A DNA stretch of 64,000 bases from Octopus sinensis (taxonomy: Eukaryota). Under the pieces are notes generated by a model, which saw only the letters and a list, made by a program, of their open reading frames with translations, was not told where the DNA came from and did no database searches. Shown here one piece after another: positions 1 through 13,600 of this stretch. Each line of letters starts with the position of its first letter. Position 1 is the first letter of the stretch. The stretch lies in NCBI RefSeq assembly GCF_006345805.1, contig NC_043013.1, positions 26,102,001 through 26,166,000 of the forward strand, read 5' to 3'. A program made the position numbers and the translations under genes.

Positions 1-818
1 ATAAATACCCCTTTCAATTTGGCAAAAAGGATTTGCACAATAGTGTCTGATAGAACGACTCGGGACTTTCGTCTTCAAGACCTCAAAACAACGCTTACTG
101 AAAGACAATACACACCCTCACTTATCGACGAAGGAATTAAACGTGCCAAACAATTAGACACAAAAACTCTAAGAACAACAAAACATAACACCACACCTCT
201 ACTCAAAACGTTACTATTTATATCAACACACAACCCAGAAACAGTGAGGCATTCAACACTATTGTGCAAACTCTTCCTTTACTAACTAGAGATCCAAAAA
301 TGAACAACATCCTGAAAACACACAAACTCATCAAATGCAAAAAACAAGACAAATCGTTAAAGAGACTACGAACAAATGCGAAACTTTACAAAACAACCAC
401 GAAAGCAACGGTTGAAAAATGTGGACACCCAAACTGTGGAACCTGCTCCAATGTACTTGAAGGCTCGGATTTCCTTTTCAAACAACGACAGAGGTTCACA
501 ATTAAAACTAGTTTCACTTGTGCCTCTGAGAACCTAATTTATGTAATAACCTGCTCGGGTTGCAGACACAACTATATTGGACAAACGAGTATGGCTTTGA
601 GAAAGAGAACTACACTACATAAAGAGCAAATCAGTTTCCCACAGTACAGGGAAATTCCTCTCAGTGAACATATAGAAAAATATGCAGATAACATCAAACC
701 AAATTTCACAGTCTTCCCCTTCTACCAGTGCAAAGATACAGTTTCTCCACAAGAACGTTTAAATAAAGAAACTTTTTGCATTGAAAAATATAGAATACAT
801 CTTAATATGCACACATAA
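1..818 (+). mobile_element. Penelope-like element, end of RT plus GIY-YIG endonuclease, frameshifted
   Basis: CGHPNCGTC...FTCASENLIYVITCSGC..NYIGQT...R...H: the PLE Cys-linker/GIY-YIG signature; frameshift near 260-285. Confidence 0.85.
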
Positions 819-2149
819 CCAACTTTTAGCTTTTTACATATTCCAATTCACGATTACATCACTGTACATAAATCCCCTCACTAAACAAGGTTTTCGAAAC
901 TTGTCTTTGTCTGTACATATATATCCCCACTCCTATTACCGAAAGCTGAACAGTTATCTCCCTTACCCACAACAATAACAATAATAACGATGATCAATTA
1001 CCTCCCTTTATTTATCTACTTGTGAAGTCATTCACTCGTGAATTTCATCACACACAACTTGGGACAAAATTTCTTCTTAAGAAAAAATACATATTCAAAT
1101 AAGTAAAACAATATTATGAATAGCGACAGCGAAACTGGTCGATATATTAAAAATTATATTAAAACTATGTAAGTGTGCGTATTTTCCTTTTTTAATTTCT
1201 TATATATATATATATATATATCCTAATTTGTATGATTAGTATAGAGGTATATATTAATCGATGAAATTCTAAGTTTGATTTTCATGTTTTATTTAGCTGG
1301 GGTGCTGCAATTTCCAGAAGAAACTTTCAAGCCATGTAAACTTGCTATGTTTAAGGACAAATTGTTTTGAATCATTCAAGCCAAAATGGTATGAGTAGAT
1401 TAAATACCGGTTGTTGCTGCAACGACTCTCAAAGGATCTAGATAAAATTCGTTTGGGAATCTTGCATTTGAAGTTAGACGAAACACTCATCAGTAATGAA
1501 ATTTTGGTTTTGGCTGCTATTTTACATGGACAAAAACTTTAGTGGGTAGAAAGCGTTGGTCTCAATGCTATCAGTATATCAACATTGCAGACCAAAATGA
1601 TGAGGGTGTAAGAAGTAAAGATCATGTTGGCAGCTTTTTACCCTTTTGATGTTTAGTCTATTCTCACTGTAACGTGGTGTTTGTTTGCATCCATTTCATA
1701 TCCATTGTTATGTTGGAAGGTTTATTTCCCTGAGACTGATAAAAATATGATGATGAAAATTCTGTACTAATGTGTATCACTCTCTCTTGTAAAAAAACTT
1801 GGTTAACTTGACAAAAAAAATAACCTTTTATTTCACCAGACATTGAATGACAGTCAATTGGTTTTAGTAATGATCAGAAATGAAAAACCTTAAGTCTAGA
1901 GAATTCAAATTATCATTTGTGAGATTTACGAACATTAGTTTAATTACCACAGGATTTTTCTTGATCTCGGGTTTACCATTGTCGTGAGATAGTGTTGTAG
2001 CTGTACCAATCGTGGTGTGAAAGCAAAACTCATGAACATGTAACAATAGATTTTATTGAGGGAAAGCTAAGCATGAATACATACATATATCATCAAATCC
2101 TCACTGGTGGAGAGACTAGGATGTAGGGATTGACTTAACTGTATCTGTT

Positions 2150-2620
2150 CAACTATTAGTTATCTTGAAGATAAGAGACTACTGAAACTTGTTGAAGTCT
2201 TTTCCCTGATTGGCTTGGTGAGATCCGAGATATTCCGTTCGAAAGCCACCAGAACCCCATTTGGTTTTTGGCCTAAATTGCTTAACTAGTCTAAAGGACA
2301 CTTCAGATGATGTCCCATCTGGTGGTGCAATCTGCTGCAAATTGATTGGTTAATAAATAGGGGGTTCGTATGAAATGCACATGGCTCAACTGTGTGGTTT
2401 ACTCATAATCGTGAACTGATAATTTCACAGATAGAGTTTGAATATCTAGAGGCTTTTTTCCAACTTCTCCTCTTCTGAGGATCGAATTCTGGATCTGACA
2501 CATTACTGTGCCAGCATCTGCAATTCTAGCATTCAAATTAGTCTCCTGTTTTCCACCCTCATGAATACAGTCTCAAGATATGTAAGTTTCTTCACTTGTT
2601 ACAGTAATGTTCCATTAACA
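2150..2620 (-). mobile_element. decayed RTE-clade LINE C-terminal relic
   Basis: Broken frames resembling 'TYL.S...E.NARI..A' of the RT thumb. Confidence 0.4.
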
Positions 2621-2839
2621 TGCAGAGTGCACTGGGAGAACTCTCTTTGGAAGATCAATGTCTCAGTCTTTGCAATACTAATCCTCTGCCCTTCCTTGCA
2701 ACACTTGGCAGTGCATGCTTATGAACATCTGATGAGCGAAGTATCACCTCCTGTCAGCAATTATCAACTGACTTATCCTATATCCACTTCCACAATGGCA
2801 GTGCATATCAATGCAGCTCATTAAAATTACAAAAAGGAG

Positions 2840-3300
2840 AGGTTATAATATGCACCCCTGCCAAAGTCACGTTGCTCTTTATCCAAAACTCCTTCAAAAC
2901 CCTCTTTGATACTATGATGGATGTTCGTGTTAAAGATCAACTGACCACTGCTAATTATCCACGTGAGACTATCGACAACAGGGAGAACTCAGAAAACCAG
3001 TGGGTCCAGTGCAACTTACAGAATAAAATGGGAAACTCTAGCAGAGGATGGGATCAGAAACAAATATGTGAACGCTATTGAATTCAAAGAGATCTTCTTG
3101 AACAATCTGAGTACATTGAACCAGAGTGGAGATTACATTTTTTTTTGGCAATTTCTTCTTTGGCTGTAGAATACTACAGACAAAAGCAGCTTGGTGTGTG
3201 CCTGGTGGAAAAAAAAATTTATTGTAGAGGAGACATATGGGGTGGACAGTTGTTGAAGAGATCACAGGATGTGTGACAAAAGATTTCCAGACAATAATAA
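2840..3300 (+). mobile_element. decayed LINE endonuclease-end/linker relic
   Basis: DVRVK..TDH...RIKWETL..., similar to RTE APE C-terminus and linker. Confidence 0.4.
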
Positions 3301-3718
3301 ACAAGGAAAGAATGAATATATAGTGCGTGTGTTTATTTGACAAGAAAATAAAATGATCGGCCCGAAATATAACAATATCTGTTTCAACGCAAGATTTCAC
3401 ATGAGGAATGTGGCAAAACTATTTCATAAACGTAATGAGATATATATAAATATGTATATATCATTGGTATAATGTTTCATGTTCATTGATGGACCAAAAG
3501 GAATATATGGTAGAAGCAAGTGATAGACCATCATACAAACATAGATATCAGCAAAAAAAAAAAAAAAGCCAAATGAATAAGTAGCATGCTTAAAGATAAA
3601 GAAATAAGTACTGGAACTGATTCGTTTTACTAAGATTCTTCAATGTGGTGTCCCAGTTTAATGACTGAAACAAATAAAAGATACATATAAACGTATATTC
3701 ATGTGTGTGTGCATGCAC

Positions 3719-3769
<51 letters not shown>

Positions 3770-4369
3770 ACAAACGTGTGTGTGTGTGTGTATTGGTGTT
3801 TGTACATGAATGTGTATATAAGTTTGTGTTGCAGCCAAGTAAGCAAACAGACAAATAGACAGATTCATGCCTTTATTTGAATTTTTCTTACATAAAAATG
3901 AATTAGAAAAATAAAGATAAAGTGAGATTCCTAAATATTGTTTATAATTGAGAACCTACATAAAATATAGAGTGAATATACATGATTTACATTTGACACT
4001 TCCCATTGCCCATCAATCATTTGGAAGTATTCTCTCTATATTTAGTACTTCAGATTCTTGCATTTACCTGACAGTAAAATATATGTTAATACATTCAGTT
4101 AAAATATTAGATTAAAATATATGGTTTTACCTTACATTTCTGTTTTAGGATTTATTGCTATTTTGTTACAGTTTATCATGATTTAGTAATTAACTGATAC
4201 TTTAAGAGCAGTAAATGTTAATTATATATAGTATAGTAGAGGAAATTCTCAAAAATTTGGTAAGACTCCTCTAATTTTAAAGTTCTTCAGTTTCTTGCAT
4301 TTACCTGACAGTTAGTGAAATATATGTTAATACATTACATTAAAATATTGGATTAGATATAGGATTAAA

Positions 4370-7058
4370 GTAGCCAAGGGAGAAGCAGAAAAGAAGAAGT
4401 TTGCCTATGTTAAGCATCGTGAGGCCCAAAGAAATTAAGTATTTCAAGTCGCAAGACAGTGCGTGAGAGAAAATTGCGAAGTCATAGGAGAGAAATGTGT
4501 CCACATGGATGATGGTGCACTTGCTTTTAATGAGTCTGCAAAGAAAAAGGCTTGGGGATGACATTAAGAAAGACTGCTGAACGTGGAGAATGAATGGGAG
4601 GAGGAGAGTCTGCCAAATGTTGACCCAATTGAGGGACCAGCTACTCAAATCGATGGTAAAGGGTAAAGACCCCCTTCGGTCATGAATGACCATGGGATTG
4701 TACCTGGAAAGTTACCCTCCTAGACACAAGTCCGGGCAAGGTTGTTTATGGAAGGCCAGCAGTCGCCCATGCATACCAACCTCCCCTCTCCACACCACCA
4801 GTGTTATTCAAGGGAAAGACAAAGGTCGATACAGCTTGGCACCAGTGACGTCGCAACTCATTTCTACAGCTGAGTGAACTGGAGCAACGTGAAATAAAGT
4901 GCCTTGCTCGAGAACACAATACACAGCCCGGTCCGGGATTCGAGCTCACAACCTCACGATCGTAAGCTCGACGCTCTAACCACTGAGCCATCGATGGTAA
5001 CATGGTAGATAAAGTAATTAAGTATACAAAGACAGGGAAATTCCCTGGCCCAAAAGGAATCACCACTGAAACGCTTAAAATATCTTAAAATATGTGGGTT
5101 ATGATCTAGTTACTCATATTGTAAATCAGGTGGTTCATGAAGGAGTCATACTCAATGACTGGTGTAGCAGCACCATAGTGAACTGCTACAAAGGTAAAGG
5201 TGATGCCTTAGATAGAAATAATCACAGAAGTATCAAATTGTTGTATCAGGTGATGAAAGTTATGGAGAAAGAAAAGCCCAACTAATTAGGAAGAGACTTG
5301 GTCTAGATGAGATGCAGTTTGGTTTTGTGCCAAGTAGAAGCATCACTGATGCTATATTTCTGGTAAGGCAACTGCAGGAGAAATACCTAACCAAAGACAA
5401 ACCTCTGTACTTGGCTTTTGTTGACTTGGTGAAAGCTTTTGACAGAGTCCTCTGATCCCTTATCTGATGGTCAATGCAGAAACTAGGGTTAGACAAGTAA
5501 TTGGTGAGATCCATACAAGCCTTGTACAGGGATGCTACCAGTAAGGTGATGGTGGGTAATGAGTACAGCAAAGAATTCAGGGTACAAGAAGGGGTTCACA
5601 AAGGATCAGTGCTCAGCTCCCTCTTGTTCATCATAGTCCTCCATGCAATAACAGAGGAATTCAAGACAGGCTGATAACCTTGCTCTTATAGATGAATCAC
5701 TACCTGAACTAGAGAAAAAGTTCCAGGTATGGAAGCAAGGTCTAGAATCAAAGGGCCTTAGATTTAACCTAGCAAAAACTAAAGTCATAGTAAGTAGGAA
5801 GGCAGACAAATCACAAATCCCTTCAGGTAGATGGCTCTATTCAATCTATAGAAAAGATGTAGGTAGAAACTTCATCAAATGCACCCAGTGTAAGCTTTGG
5901 ACACATAAAAGGTGCAGTAACATCAGAGGAAGGTTAACAGGGAAACTAACTTTTGTATGTAGAAGGCTCACAGGTACAATAAACACTGAAGATGCACAGA
6001 AAATAGACTCCATCAACTTCCAGGGGATCAAGCTAGAGGTAGTAGATAGCTTCCATTATCACAGGTGACCAAGTTAGTAGTGGAGGTGGATACTCCAAGA
6101 GCATAGCTGTGGTTAGGTTGGGCAAAGTTCAGAGAGCTCCTACCCCTACTGCCAACAAAGCACCTCTCTCTCAAAGTGAAAGGTATATTGTTTGATGCCT
6201 GTACGTGAACAGCTATGCTGCATGGCAGTGAAACATGAGCTATAACAGTTGAGGACACACGAAGGCTTGAGAGAAAAGAAGCCAGTATGCTTCACTGGAT
6301 GTGAAATGTCAGTGTGCATGTTTGACAGTGTAAGCATCTTGAGAGAAAAGTTAGGCATAAGAGGAATCAGATGTGGTGTGCAAGAGAGATGACTGTGCTG
6401 GAATGGTCATGTGATGTGAGTGGATAAGGACAGCTGGACGAGGTCACCTAGATAATGGAAGTTATCTACTACCTCTAGGTTGATCTCTTGGCAGTTAATG
6501 GTGCCTCTAACTGTGGAGGGAACCTGTGGTAGAGGTAGACCCAAGAAGACATGGGATGAGGTGGTGAAGTATGATCTTCAAACATTGAGCCTCACAGAGT
6601 CAATGACTGGTGACCAAGACCTTTGGCAATGTGCTAGGCTTGAGAGGACCCATCAGGTCAAATGCACCCGTGTTGGTGGCATGTAAAGAGCATCTTTTGA
6701 ACGATGGGCCTCATGGAGGCAAAATGGCTGAGTGTTGGGCACAGAGGCAATGACCAATACTTTTGGCATTATGTTGTGTTTGAGATGAAGACCCATCAAG
6801 CTGAGCAAAATCACAGTCATAGTAGATACCGCTGTCGCGCAAACTGGCTGTTGTCATGCAAATGGCACCTGTGCCAGTGGAACATAAAAGCACCCATTAC
6901 ACTCTCAGAGTGTTTGGTATTAGGAAGGGCATTCAGCTGTAGAGAACCATGCCAAATCAGACTGAATTCTGGTGTAGCCTTCCAGTGTGCCAACCCAGTC
7001 AAACCATCCAACCCATGCCAGCATGGACAACAGACGTTAAATGATGATGATGATGATG
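4370..7058 (+). mobile_element. RTE-clade LINE, 5'-truncated and degenerate, with 3' UTR and (GAT)n tail
   Basis: NCYKGKGDALDRNNHRSIKLL, QFGF, DL.KAFDRV, GRGRPKKTWDEVVK motifs; tail at 7042-7058. Confidence 0.9.
4660..4989 (-). mobile_element. tRNA-derived SINE (family C here) nested in the RTE LINE
   Basis: A box tggctcagtgg, B box-like gctcgaatccc; 11-bp target-site duplication ATCGATGGTAA at 4649-4659 and 4990-5000. Confidence 0.85.
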
Positions 7059-7235
7059 AACTTGCTTTAATGAATAAACAGTTATCACTTCCTTTTTATA
7101 TTTCAGGCTTAATTCTAATTTTGTCTGATTATGTCTGTTCAAAAACCATTAACAACAACAGCAACATCCATTCCTGATGCTAGTGTTGCTGTTGCCTATA
7201 GTTTATTATGATTTCGTATGTAATTGATACTTTAA

Positions 7236-7456
7236 CCCTTTCATTACTGTATTTATTTTGAGATGCTCTGTGTTTCTTTCAATTACTTTAAATATAACAA
7301 AGAATTTAGTAAAATAACTTGGTTATCATTCAGCTAGTGTTAGGAACATAAATTGTGACTAAGGTTTGGTGGAAGATTTTAATTCAAAACTTATGAAAAC
7401 AAGACATTTGTACTATAGAGCCAGAGCCGGTTTCAGCCGGGTTAGTAACAAAAGGG
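7236..7456. mobile_element. piggyBac-type MITE in the TRPM 3' flank/UTR
   Basis: TTAA|CCCTTTCATTAC ... GTAACAAAAGGG|TTAA; TTAA duplications at 7232-7235 and 7457-7460. Confidence 0.75.
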
Positions 7457-7554
7457 TTAAGTACAGTAAATGTCAATTATATTCTTAGTTGGCCATTCTC
7501 AAAACAAAAGTCTGTTTCACTACATTCAGAAAACATTCCTCCAGGACCCTCTTC

Positions 7555-7617
7555 TCAATGTTTTCTGTCCATGAGACTTTCTTTTAATTTTGCAAGAGTT
7601 GTATCAATATTATTTAT
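7555..7617 (-). CDS. TRPM: TRPM terminal exon INNIDTTLAKLKESLMDRKH*
   Basis: Strong tttctatactttcag acceptor; phase 0; continues the heptads; TGA at 7555-7557. Confidence 0.75.
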   Translation of the reverse strand: MNNIDTTLAKLKESLMDRKH

Positions 7618-10600
7618 CTGAAAGTATAGAAAAATCGTTTGTTATTTAGTATTTAATATATACAGGCTGTTATATTCATTTTTTATTTTATTTTATTTAC
7701 TTTCAGTTTCAAATAAATTTTCATCACAGTTATGAAATCTTGAAATATATTTGACTTTATTGTTGGGCCTTGTACTTTCTTTCAGTTTGTGTTTGGTGGT
7801 GAGGGATGCCCTAATTTTGAAGTAAATATCAAAAACAATACATTTTATCTCTTAATGTATTTGGCACATTTGGCAAGCAAAAACGGAAAGGAAGCCCATC
7901 GTATACTATATATATGTGCGTGTGTCTGTGTGTCTTTGTGTCTGTTTTGTATACTACCACCACTTCTAGACAACTGGTTTTCGTGTGTTTATGTCCTCAT
8001 AATTTAGCAGTTTGGCAAAAGAGATCAATAGTATAAGTGCCAGGCAGGGTCAAGTCATTTGACTAAAAATTATTTAAGGCAGTGCCCAAGCATGGCCACA
8101 TTCTAATGACTGAAACAAGCAAAAAAAATTAAAATTACAAATCAAATCAGCAATCAGCCTCAAATGGTAGAGTATGAGATTAAATAATTTACAATATATT
8201 AGCCTGCAAGTGAATCTCTGTGTAGTCTCTCAAGCCTCAAGATCTTGTTTTCATCTTATCCTACCATCTTAAAAAGGCAACACATTAGATAATATAGTTC
8301 TATGTATACTAAATTAGATTAAAATGTGGGATGGTCACAGTTGGATTCTTCTGATCATGGATCATAGGTGGTGATGTATCATAGCTCCAATGATATTACA
8401 ATTAGTTTTATATGTAATCACACTAATTAAATCAAATGGAGTTGTTTGCAAGTGTGCTGAACATTGATAAAATACGATATACTTACTTGGATTCTGATAA
8501 CATGAAAATTAATATAATTTCTTTCTTTTTTTAAAATGTAGAAAATTAGATTGATTAATGACTGAGAAATGAAATATAAAGTTGGTAATAGTAGTATAAA
8601 TAGAAACAAAAACTCTTTCTTTGCCATGACTATTTTTTTTCTCAATAATATCATATTAGTGTCATATATGATGATGCTGTTTGACAGATACTCATAAAGG
8701 ATGTAGCAAATATATCCCCATGAAATTTTTTACTCTTTATTTGAGATAAACCTTTTAATGTATTTGTTCTGTTTCCTATATGCTATTTCCTAATGCTACA
8801 AATGCTACACAACCATTTTCAATAAAGTCGATTTTGGCCAGAATAACTATCACATTTCTAAATGTCGTAGAAATTTTTTTTTGTCATTGCTCTATGGACC
8901 AGTCTTTTATATTTGCTTCATATCTGCAATTCTAACATTCAATAAATATTATTTGTTCAGTTAATAAATTCCTTAAAATTTTGAGTAAATCATAACATAA
9001 AATGTTAAAGCTGAAAAATAAATTTTAAATTATAAATTGCAAACCTTTTCTTCAATGTTTTGCAGCCTCTGATTTAAAATATTTGCGCTTATAGTAAATT
9101 CTTTTTCAGGTTCTGAGAATGAAATATTCTGTGAACTTTCATATTTAGGAAGTTCTAATTGGTCAATTCTGCAATGATAAAATATGTAATTATATTTAGA
9201 GGTAGTTACATTATGAAAGAGCCATTTATATCATAGTGTTCCACTATAATGGAACTTTGTCAGCTGCCAAATCACAGTTGTGTGGTGAAAATATTTACCC
9301 TTCCACTTCTTCATGCAGTGACAAGCCTATGTTTTGGGTGTCTTGAAGCTCCTCTTCAAAGCCTGTAACAATAGGGCAACATTCAACAAGGTTTGAAAAG
9401 TACCTTACTACCCATGCAAGGACTCAGAAGTCAAGAGGTGAGAGAAAAGTGTGATTGAGTGAAATCCCCAAAAATGGCACCATACAATAAGCTTTTTCCT
9501 ATCAGTAATGGTCTTTGGCTACCCCTATAATGCATTTGTTCCATGACAGATCATTATACATTTTAAAATAAAATTCAGTTTTATATCTCAAGTTTTAATT
9601 TAAATTGCTGTGCTGAGTTATCTCACCTTTTAAAGTTTCTGCTCTGAACAGAAAGTGTTTGAGTTATGAGGTGGATGAAAATTAGACATTATACAAATGC
9701 TTGACACAATGTAGACTAATGAATAAAACTCAGCTATGATCAGATTTAACATAATCTTTTAATTTAAACACCTATTATATTACATGCTACATAAACCAAA
9801 TTTTAGAAATACTTTCTTTCAGGTTTTTCTTGCAAAGTTTTGTCACTTGAGAGATTCCTTGCAATGACATTTTTTTTTTGGTGACAATATGGCAAAATAA
9901 TTTAAATACTCTTCAGTTATGGTAGAAAAATTCCTTTCTGCTTCACACCTTGTAATAGCCATTAAGTATTCCTTAAGTGCAACAATAATATTGAGGAACA
10001 CTTCAGTTAGGTGTAGATCACAAATAAGCTGAATAATTTCTGTACATTGTATTTTGATGGTGTGTTTTCTTCCGTGTTCAGAGATTTTCCAAGTTGTAAA
10101 TGGTCACCGAACTGACAGTGCACATTGAATAAATTGCAGTCAAGATCATTTTTGTAATATATTGCAAGGTTAATACTGTTCTTCTCAGAACTGTTTACCA
10201 ATTCTTAAAGGAACATGTACCTTTCCACAATCTGTTCATCTACGTTAATCCTTTAATACATTTGGATTTAACTTTCTGAATTCCACTAAAAAAAAACGCT
10301 ACCATTTGTTCCTTCTGAAAGTTTCATTTTGTAACAATGCATTTGGAAGCATCAGAATAACTTGTGGTGATATTTTATGCATCCACTATAATCAAAGCTG
10401 AAAGGAATTTTCTTTGATTTTAACAAAAATTAATACCAATAAGAAATAACAGTGAGTTCAGAAAAATTCTTAAGTTGATACTAAAAACACAAACACAACA
10501 AGAAGTAATCAGATGAATTTTCTAAACATTAAAAGCTATAAAACTATTTTTTAATGTTAATTTTGTCAATTTCTAAAGCTGAAACAAGCTAATCAAGTAA

Positions 10601-13600
10601 CAGTGTAACCAGTAATAGCATACAAACTGTAGTGGGTGAGGTCTTTCTAGCAATTTTCAACCCACTTTCAACACACGTGATGATCATAATGGACAATATG
10701 AAAAACACCACGGAACAAGAGAAAGATCAGGAATATGGTCCAAGAAACAATTTCAGTGATTACAAACAATATAGAGATATCACAAACTGGCTTAGAACAG
10801 TTGGTAATTATTTCTTATAGAATTGCTAACTGAAAGACATCAATTTTTTTTTTCAAAATAAAATAAAAGAAATTATATATATTTTGAATGAAGCAGAGTT
10901 TACAAGGTGCATAACAGATATTCCTCAAAGAAATATTTTGAAAAAAGATTGAAAAATCCAGATTTTGAGATCCTGGTCAATTTACTCAAAGCACAAATGC
11001 TATTTATAGTGTTCTGGTTGAAACATCACTCACAACATGTGAATTTGCAGACTGGATGAATGCGTGCAGAACTCTGGAGAATCATGAAGATAAAATGAAG
11101 CATAAGAAAGGGATATTGTGTTAGATTTAGATTAAATATCTGGAGTGATATTTCAATGTCATCTATAAACACCAGCAATCAAACTGATGTTGAGATTTAT
11201 TAATTCTGAGTTAGAGTGGAGTTTTCATGTAGCTAAAATTGCATCAATATTATTTTATAATGAATGAGAAAAATTGAAAACACAAATTATTGGCATATCA
11301 TAGGTGTAGCGTTTCTACATATTGATGCGCTTATGAAGGAAGCATAATTATTGAAAAAAAGAGTATAAAACACTAAGCTGTTGGGCCTTACAAAAACCTT
11401 TGAATGGAAAGCATGAAGGCACATCTTGGAATTCCTTTTCTAATAAGAGTTGTGCAACTTGCAAATAATGCAGACTAATTAGAACACAAGTGGAGGCACA
11501 CGGCCTCGAGATTGGAGCAGTGGACTTGCAGTCAAGGGATTGCAAGTTTGAATCTCAGACCAGGTGATGTGTGTGTTTATGAGTGAAATACCTAAGCTCT
11601 ACATGCCTCCAGTAGAAGGTAATGGTGAACTTCTGCTGACTCTTTCGCCACAACTTTCTCTCACTCTTTCCTCATGCATTTAGCAGCTTACCTGCGATGG
11701 GCCGCCGTCCCATCCAGGTGGGGAACCTATATGCCAATGAAACTTAGAAACTGCCCCTTATGAGCCAGGCATGGCTCAAGAAGGAACAAACAACAACAAT
11801 TACAACACAAAGTTAACTCTGAGATAGAAATTGGGTGTCCAGAAACCAGTATCAGTGATAATCAAGTTAACTATATTCAACCAAAAAAGCAACAAAATCT
11901 GGTTAAAACCACATTCACAGTGTACATCAATGAATAAGTAGTTGATAGCTTCCATTCCCTAGGTGACCAAGTCAGTAGCAGTGGAGTTGATGCTCTGAGT
12001 GTAGCTGCTAGAATGAGAATAGCCTGGGAAAAGTTCAGAGAGCTCCTACCTCTACTGGTGACAAAGGGCCTCGCACTTAGAGTAAAATGTAGACTGTATG
12101 ACGCATGTGTGTGAACAGCCATGCTACATGGCAGTGAAACATGGGTGGTGACTGATGAGGACATGTGTAAGCTTGCAAGAAATGAAGCTAGTATGTTCTG
12201 CTGGATGTGTAATGTCAGTGTGCATGTGTGACAGAGTGTAAGCGCCTGAGAGAAATGTTGGTCTTAAGAAGCATCAGATGTGGTGTACTAGAGAGATGAC
12301 TGCACTGGTATGGTCATGTGTTGCATATGGATGAGGATAGCTGTGTGAAAAAGCAGACGTTAAACAACAATGATGCTGATGATGATACCAACAAACTTCA
12401 TCCAAAGTTATGGAATAGTTATTAAAAAAACTGTTATACTGGACTAACTGCATTTCATAAAAGTCTCTAGTTTCTAATAGGATTGGGAGACATCTAGAGA
12501 AAGTACTACAGTTCTCTAAGTGTTAAATGTTGCATGCACAACAATTAATAAAAACATTAACCCATATCAGCATGGAAAACAGACATTAAACAATGATGAC
12601 GGTGTGTCAGAAACTTAAAACAAAAAACATAAAACAACAATAACTTATGTTTTTGTAAGTTAACCCCAAATCAGCCCTGACCAGGCAGTCAAATGATCAG
12701 AGACATTCCAGCCACGACTATCCCATCTTTTGTGTATCGAGAACAACATTGTCCTAAGTGTCTTACTTTTTTATAGTAGAATTTGATTTGAGGGAAATTT
12801 AGCAGCTACTTCTGGCAGTTTGAGCAATTGTCCATTGGTTCCATCAGTGGCTCAAATAAATACATTTAGTGTTTAGTACAATTGGTGATGGAATGATTTT
12901 ACTATTGTATTCAACTGATGAATCCACCATGGGAAATCATCAAAACAAATATACCAATAGCTTTCCCTTTAAAATGCCCAACAGTGTCCTTTTATCATTT
13001 GTCAATTATTATGCTTTAATATCAGAAAAAAAAAATATTGTCAATAGAATAATATAATGACTATAAGTGCCTAAGTTAATAAGGTATACAAGGGGTGCTG
13101 AAAAGGTCCTGACTTTGGATAAAAGAAAATACAGGAGGATCAGTTAATTATGATTTTATTCAACATATCCCTCTCAAAGATTCACACACTTATTGCAGCA
13201 GTCCTTCAGTTTTTCTAAGCTCTGTAAAAGAACTTGGAAGGTTGGGTCTCCAACCAGACTTTTCACAATTCCCTTAAGTCCAGGAACTTTACAGCAGCCC
13301 CTCATAGGACAGAAAGCACTTATGATTAGATGTTTGGACTTTGTCACAGGTATTGCATGAATTCAAGGTTAAAACAATTAACTTATCAGTCTTCCAAACA
13401 ATAAATAGATGGCATGGAATATATACAACTCTTTGTTCTAATTAACAAATTTCAATGTTATCTTAACTTGGAGCGTTGAATTGAAGAGACTTTCTACAAG
13501 TTGCAGACTATATTTAAATAGTTCCATCACAAATACAATAAAGTAAACTCAGTATGAATAAATTCTTGAAAACAACAACAGGATTATTCAAACAAGATAA

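Noticed and set aside
1109-1148. Hammerhead-like GAAAC-TG-GTC downstream of the Penelope ORF
   Set aside because: The CUGANGA core is deleted or mutated; relic only.
4051-4370. Short local duplication (4051-4128 vs 4288-4370) and similarity of 4203-4228 to 7459-7484
   Set aside because: Short, AT-rich and diverged; no supportable mechanism or coding content.
1-7554. Possible NUDT9-H or kinase exons downstream of the coiled coil
   Set aside because: No NPxGRTG/WGPN-type or kinase motif with splice sites seen by eye; the region is mostly TE-derived. An HMM search would be more sensitive.
8487-8493. 7-nt microexon-like AATCCAA (tcag / gtaagt)
   Set aside because: It lies between two phase 0 junctions and would frameshift the last exon.
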